From Eledone cirrhosa (lineage: Eukaryota), in assembly GCA_964016885.1 (NCBI GenBank), contig OZ024743.1:152644001-152708000 (forward strand): a stretch of 64,000 bases of DNA, read 5' to 3'. Below are positions 59,438 through 64,000 of this stretch, piece by piece; the first letter of the stretch is position 1, and every line of letters starts with the position of its first letter. Position numbers and translations under genes: made by a program. The notes under the pieces are model-generated. The model made no database searches and was not told the DNA's origin. It saw only the letters and a list, made by a program, of their open reading frames with translations.

Positions 59438-60100
59438 CCTATTAAAACAACAACAGAAGGCTGGACTTGAAAATCTACTTTAGAATTTTAATTCTGTGAA
59501 ATCACTATACACATTTTGATGCCCCAGCTTTACCATCCGATTATGATGCAAGTCTTGGCGTTTCATCAGGTGTTATTTGTCGAATTATGTAACAGGCTTT
59601 CGTTGAAACCAAACATTGAATAGAAGATAGGGGATAGAAATAGAAAATTCGATTTGGGACAGCCTGTAATTTGGGGTTATATTGATAGCAGACCATCCCC
59701 AAATGACACTTGATGTCAGCTTTGTGGGGTGGTAGGAATGATGGATGAAGTAGGGGTTGTCAAGCTGTAACAGAGATATACCCAAGAAAGACTGAGTGTA
59801 ATTAATGAATGACATTCTCTGGAACAATATATCTCTGTCGCCACTTGACAACCCCTACCTCATCTACTACACCTACCAGCCCACGATGGATGACTTGCAT
59901 AAGGTTGAGTGCTTTTTTATTGCATCATCGTTTACCAACCAGAACCACCAATTCTATCCATTGATATGCCTAACACAAATAAGTGATATATATATATATA
60001 CATATAAAACAAAAAGAAAGTATGGTAAGAAACCAGGTGGACCATAATGCACCAGAGTACTCGATACTTTTGGTAGTAGAGTGGTTAATAGGAAAAGAGT

Positions 60101-60154
60101 CAGGACCCCTGGGCTTCCTGATGATTTCTCCCGAATGAAACAGTTCTAGTCCTG
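60101..60154 (+). ncRNA. Hammerhead-like motif in a TA-flanked insert (60005-60245)
   Basis: CTGATGA-tttc.tccc.gaat-GAAA-c.a.g-TT-ctagtcctg; stem I imperfect; related fragment at 13861-13920. Confidence 0.55.
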
Positions 60155-60242
60155 TAGACTATTTCTATATTAAATATTTATACTCTGCTATGTATTGAGT
60201 ACCTTACTACTGCTGTGTTTACCCCCAATTGAATCTGGGATA

Positions 60243-60286
<44 letters not shown>

Positions 60287-60544
60287 GGGGGGGTTACAAA
60301 TGGTTTGATGATATCAGTCATGCATAACATAAAAAACATATGACGCTGAATAAGAAATGCTGCCTGTAAACATACAATCACATAAACTTTTAGGTGTAGG
60401 GTCCATACAAGTACCTACCAATCCAGCTCTCTTATCTGCATCAGGTCCTAAAGAGCTGCAACAATCAATATCAATACAATGTAGGGTCAGTCCAGAGAAA
60501 TTGTAGAGATGCTTGAACATAGATGCATGGGTGTGTGAACATAG

Positions 60545-62350
60545 ATGCATAGTTATGTGGTAAGATGGAGAGGTGCTGTAACTAAACACCTCACTGCCAA
60601 GGGACATAGAGACAAGTCCTTCAGGTTAGGTACAAATGATGGCATATGTAGGGTAGTCACGCTATTGGCTAAAAAATGGGTAAACAGGGTAATCAAGTTA
60701 GTCAAAGTTTGTGATAAGATAATTAAGCTTAGGCTAATCCAGGATAATACAACTGCTATGATTTTTTCTCCATATGCACCACAGACTAGTCTTGCAGATG
60801 ATCAGAAGGACCACTTCTATGAGGCTCTTTTGCAAACTTCCACAATGAAAAGGGATACAGGTATCATCATATTGGCTGGTAACTAATGGATCACCAGGAT
60901 GGATTCCATAGTGAACAGGTAGGCTATAGACTTTGGGTGAGAAATGAAGAGAGATCAAAGTTTTGTGATGCAAATGATTTGACAATCTCTAACACAAACC
61001 TCAGGAAAACAGCCTAAAAATTGGGAAATCAAAGAGAAAACATGACAGGCAGATAGTCATAAATAGTACAAGTTTCCCTGGGAAAGGATGCACATCTGAA
61101 CATAGGTCGTGATTAGTATGAGCTAGCTGCAGACAGACATCTAAAACAGTCTGAGGAAGAAGGATATGGAAACTTTAAGGGCTTTCAAACAGCCAGCAGT
61201 TTGAAGGCATATTAGAGGATGCACTTGACAATGAGAATGAGGAGTTAGAAATTTATAACATTGAAGACAACTGAGAACTACTTCGAGACAATCTACTGAG
61301 GGCCACAAATAAGATATATGAATGAGGAAGGGTACCAACCACATAGGAGGTGATGTGGAGGTGGAACAGTACTGCAGATAGAGACATGGAAGCTAAGAAA
61401 GAAGCTTGGAAAGTTTGGAGGTTTAGAGGTAGCAGGGAACAATACCAAGTAGCTAGAAGAGGGGCTAGGCACTAAGAGGAGAAACAAAAATTAAGAGATT
61501 TGCCAATGTTCTGTTTTGGGAGTGATGTACTCTAAATTGCAAGAAAGTAGAAAAGAAAATCAGTATGTCATGGCAAAGAAGTCTGTATGAAATAATTGCT
61601 TCTACTTTTGGCACGAGGTCAGCAATTTCCCAGTACATTACTGGTACTTTATTTTATCGACCCCGTAAGGATGAAAGGCAAAGTTGACCTCGACAGGATT
61701 TGAACTCAGACTGTAAAAGGACGTAACTATGCTAGAAAGCATGACATCCAACCCTCTACTGATACTGCCAATTGCTAACTCAATCTTAGTGACGCTGAAA
61801 AGAAAAAAGAGAAGGATGCAGTGAAGTGTTAATATGAGAGGTTGTTGAATAATGAGAATGCATGAAAAAGTGAAAGCATACCTCCAAGTAAACCCAACTG
61901 GTGGATCAGCCATCAAAGTTATTAGAACTATGGTAGATATGACCATTAAAAGAAATGAAGGTAGGGAAGGCAGCTGGCCTTTCAGGAATTGTTGTTAAGA
62001 TGGTTAAACTGTTTAGTGGAGTCAGACATTGATTAGTCATTCTCGTAGTATACCAGTTGGTGCAGAATGTTGTGACATCCAGTGACTCATACAATAGCAT
62101 CATTATCAACTGCTACAAGGGTAAACAAAACATGAAGTTTACTGGAAAAGTCATAGCAAAGTTGATGAGGGATAGAATTAAACTTGATGAGGTGTACCTT
62201 GGCTTTATGTACTCCCTAGTGTTATAACTGCAGAAGAATTACTTAGCAAAGAATATACCCCTATATTTAGCATTTGTTGACTTGGAAAAGGCCTTTGACA
62301 GAATCTCAGGCATTGTAATTTGGTGGACTCACAGGACGCTAGGGATAAAT
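60545..62350 (+). mobile_element. Old RTE LINE (APE endonuclease + RT remnants)
   Basis: YAPQTSL..DQKDHFYE..IIILAGN, GKAAG.SGI, YKGK, FVDLEKAFDR, with many stops. Confidence 0.8.
61592..61775 (-). mobile_element. tRNA-derived SINE inserted in the RTE
   Basis: Reverse complement of the 51201 family. Confidence 0.85.
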
Positions 62351-63464
62351 GAATTATATTGTGAAATAAATCACTTTGATAATATTGTTGCCCATTGCAA
62401 AATACACAAATGATTTATACTTTCTCCAGATTTCAGAATATTTCTAGTTTCATGTCCATTCTCTCAAGTCAGAACGATCACACTACCTTCTCTTCTAAAT
62501 GATTGAGACATTTACATATTTTCTACTTTTAATGGTATTCCTTACCTCTGACATTATCGTATCAAACAGTTCGTATCGCTAATTACTTGAACACATATAT
62601 AACCTTTAAAAGATACCCAAGAAAAAAAAACCAAAATGAATACAAGGCGGAGAAAAAAAGCAGCCAATGAAACAAAGTATAAAGCAAGTAACTATTTAAA
62701 TGATAACAGTGACAATAACGATGAAGGTGGCGATGATTATGATGATAATGAATAATAGTAATAATAATAAGTGTATTAATGATGATAATAATAATAATAA
62801 TAATGATAATAGTGGTGGTGTTGGTAGTAGTAGTAAAGAAAAAGGAAATTTTGTTATCATTCATATTGACTCCCTACCAAAAGGATAAAAGTAAAATGCA
62901 AACCCCCAAAGACCCTGTTTAAAGCATTTTTTTTGTCTTAAGTGTTAGCAGAAGAGTAAAAAATAGCAGCTGGAATATATTTGATAACAATTTGAAAGAT
63001 TTATTTCCATATAATATGGTTAAAGTATGATATATAGTTGGTGTGGGTGAATATTGGAAATATATATAAACACACACACACATATATATATATGTATGTA
63101 TATATATATATATATATATACATATATATGGACATTATAATGCAATATGAAAGCTGATCATATTGATATGCTACATAATATTTGATAAGAGTTATTGATA
63201 AAAATTTCTAGTGTAGTACCAATATGAAAATAAACAAAACACACATGAATTATATTGGTTGGGAAAAAGTATAAATATAAATTGAAATATAGAATTTGGT
63301 TCACTTAGATAATTAATTTCTAGCTATATAAATAGACAAGCAAGAGGGGATAGACAAATAGATGAAATTCAAAGATCAACTATTTGTTTATCAACAACAT
63401 ACATATATTTTCAGAAACCTTTGTCTGTAAGTTGAGATGAGAGGCTTAGAGGTTTGGTCATAAA

Positions 63465-63860
63465 AGATGTATACTAATAATTGTTTCTACTTTAGGCACA
63501 AGGCCAGCAATTACCCAGTTCGTTACTGGTACTTTATTTTATCGACAATAATGATTTCTTATTTAGGCACAAGACGAAACATTTTTTGCGGGAGGGGAAA
63601 GTTGATTAAATCGACCCCAGTACTTAACTAGTGCTTTATTTATTGACCCTGTAAAGTTGAATGGCAAAGCTAACCTTGGCTATAACTATGCCACAAAGCA
63701 TGTTGTCTGATGCTCTACCAATTCTACCAATCCACCACCTTATAGATGTATACTAATAATTGTTTCTACTTTAGGCACAAGGCCAGCAATTACCAGTGCA
63801 TTACTGGTACTTTATTTTATCGACCCCGTAAGGATGAAAGGCAAAGTCAACCTCGGCGGT
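63465..63860 (-). mobile_element. Cluster of partial SINE copies
   Basis: Three reverse-complement pieces containing tcgacccc..aaggatgaaaggcaaag and/or ttgtttctactttaggcacaaggcc. Confidence 0.75.
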
Positions 63861-64000
63861 ATAGATGTATACTAATAATACAAATGATTCTGGATTCTAA
63901 TTATGCAGCAAAAGACTGGGCAAGGTATTTTGTGGAAGATCAACACTCAACCATGCAGGAAAGTCTCCCTTTTCCATGCAACTGACGTTGTCCAAAGGTA

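Overview
AT-rich eukaryotic animal DNA, most likely octopus/cephalopod (inferred from the SINE, RTE and microsatellite landscape). I can support no host protein-coding gene, and there is a 200-N assembly gap at 16888-17087. The window is a dense cluster of retroelements nested in long (TA)n/(TACA)n arrays. It holds many Penelope-like elements (PLEs): a 5'-truncated Neptune-like RT + GIY-YIG element at 10.2-12.4 kb, a near-full-length Naiad-type element at 28.9-34.2 kb, and several truncated GIY-YIG copies with inverted pseudo-LTRs (pLTRs). It also holds CR1, RTE and RLE-type LINE relics and tRNA-derived SINEs. About 20 type-I hammerhead ribozyme (HHR) motifs from 10 or more sequence families can be folded by eye. 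Four observations stand out. (1) ORF-less ~450-470 bp monomers carry an HHR, an octamer motif and in one family twin hairpins; they sit in partial tandem plus inversion and look like a retrozyme-type non-autonomous family. (2) Insertions repeatedly end at the same two fixed RNA positions in opposite orientation. (3) Two inserts are back-to-back chimeras of different HHR elements. (4) One Naiad fragment has UGA at a conserved zinc-finger Cys. Coordinates were read by eye and may be off by a few bases; no database search or folding program was run.
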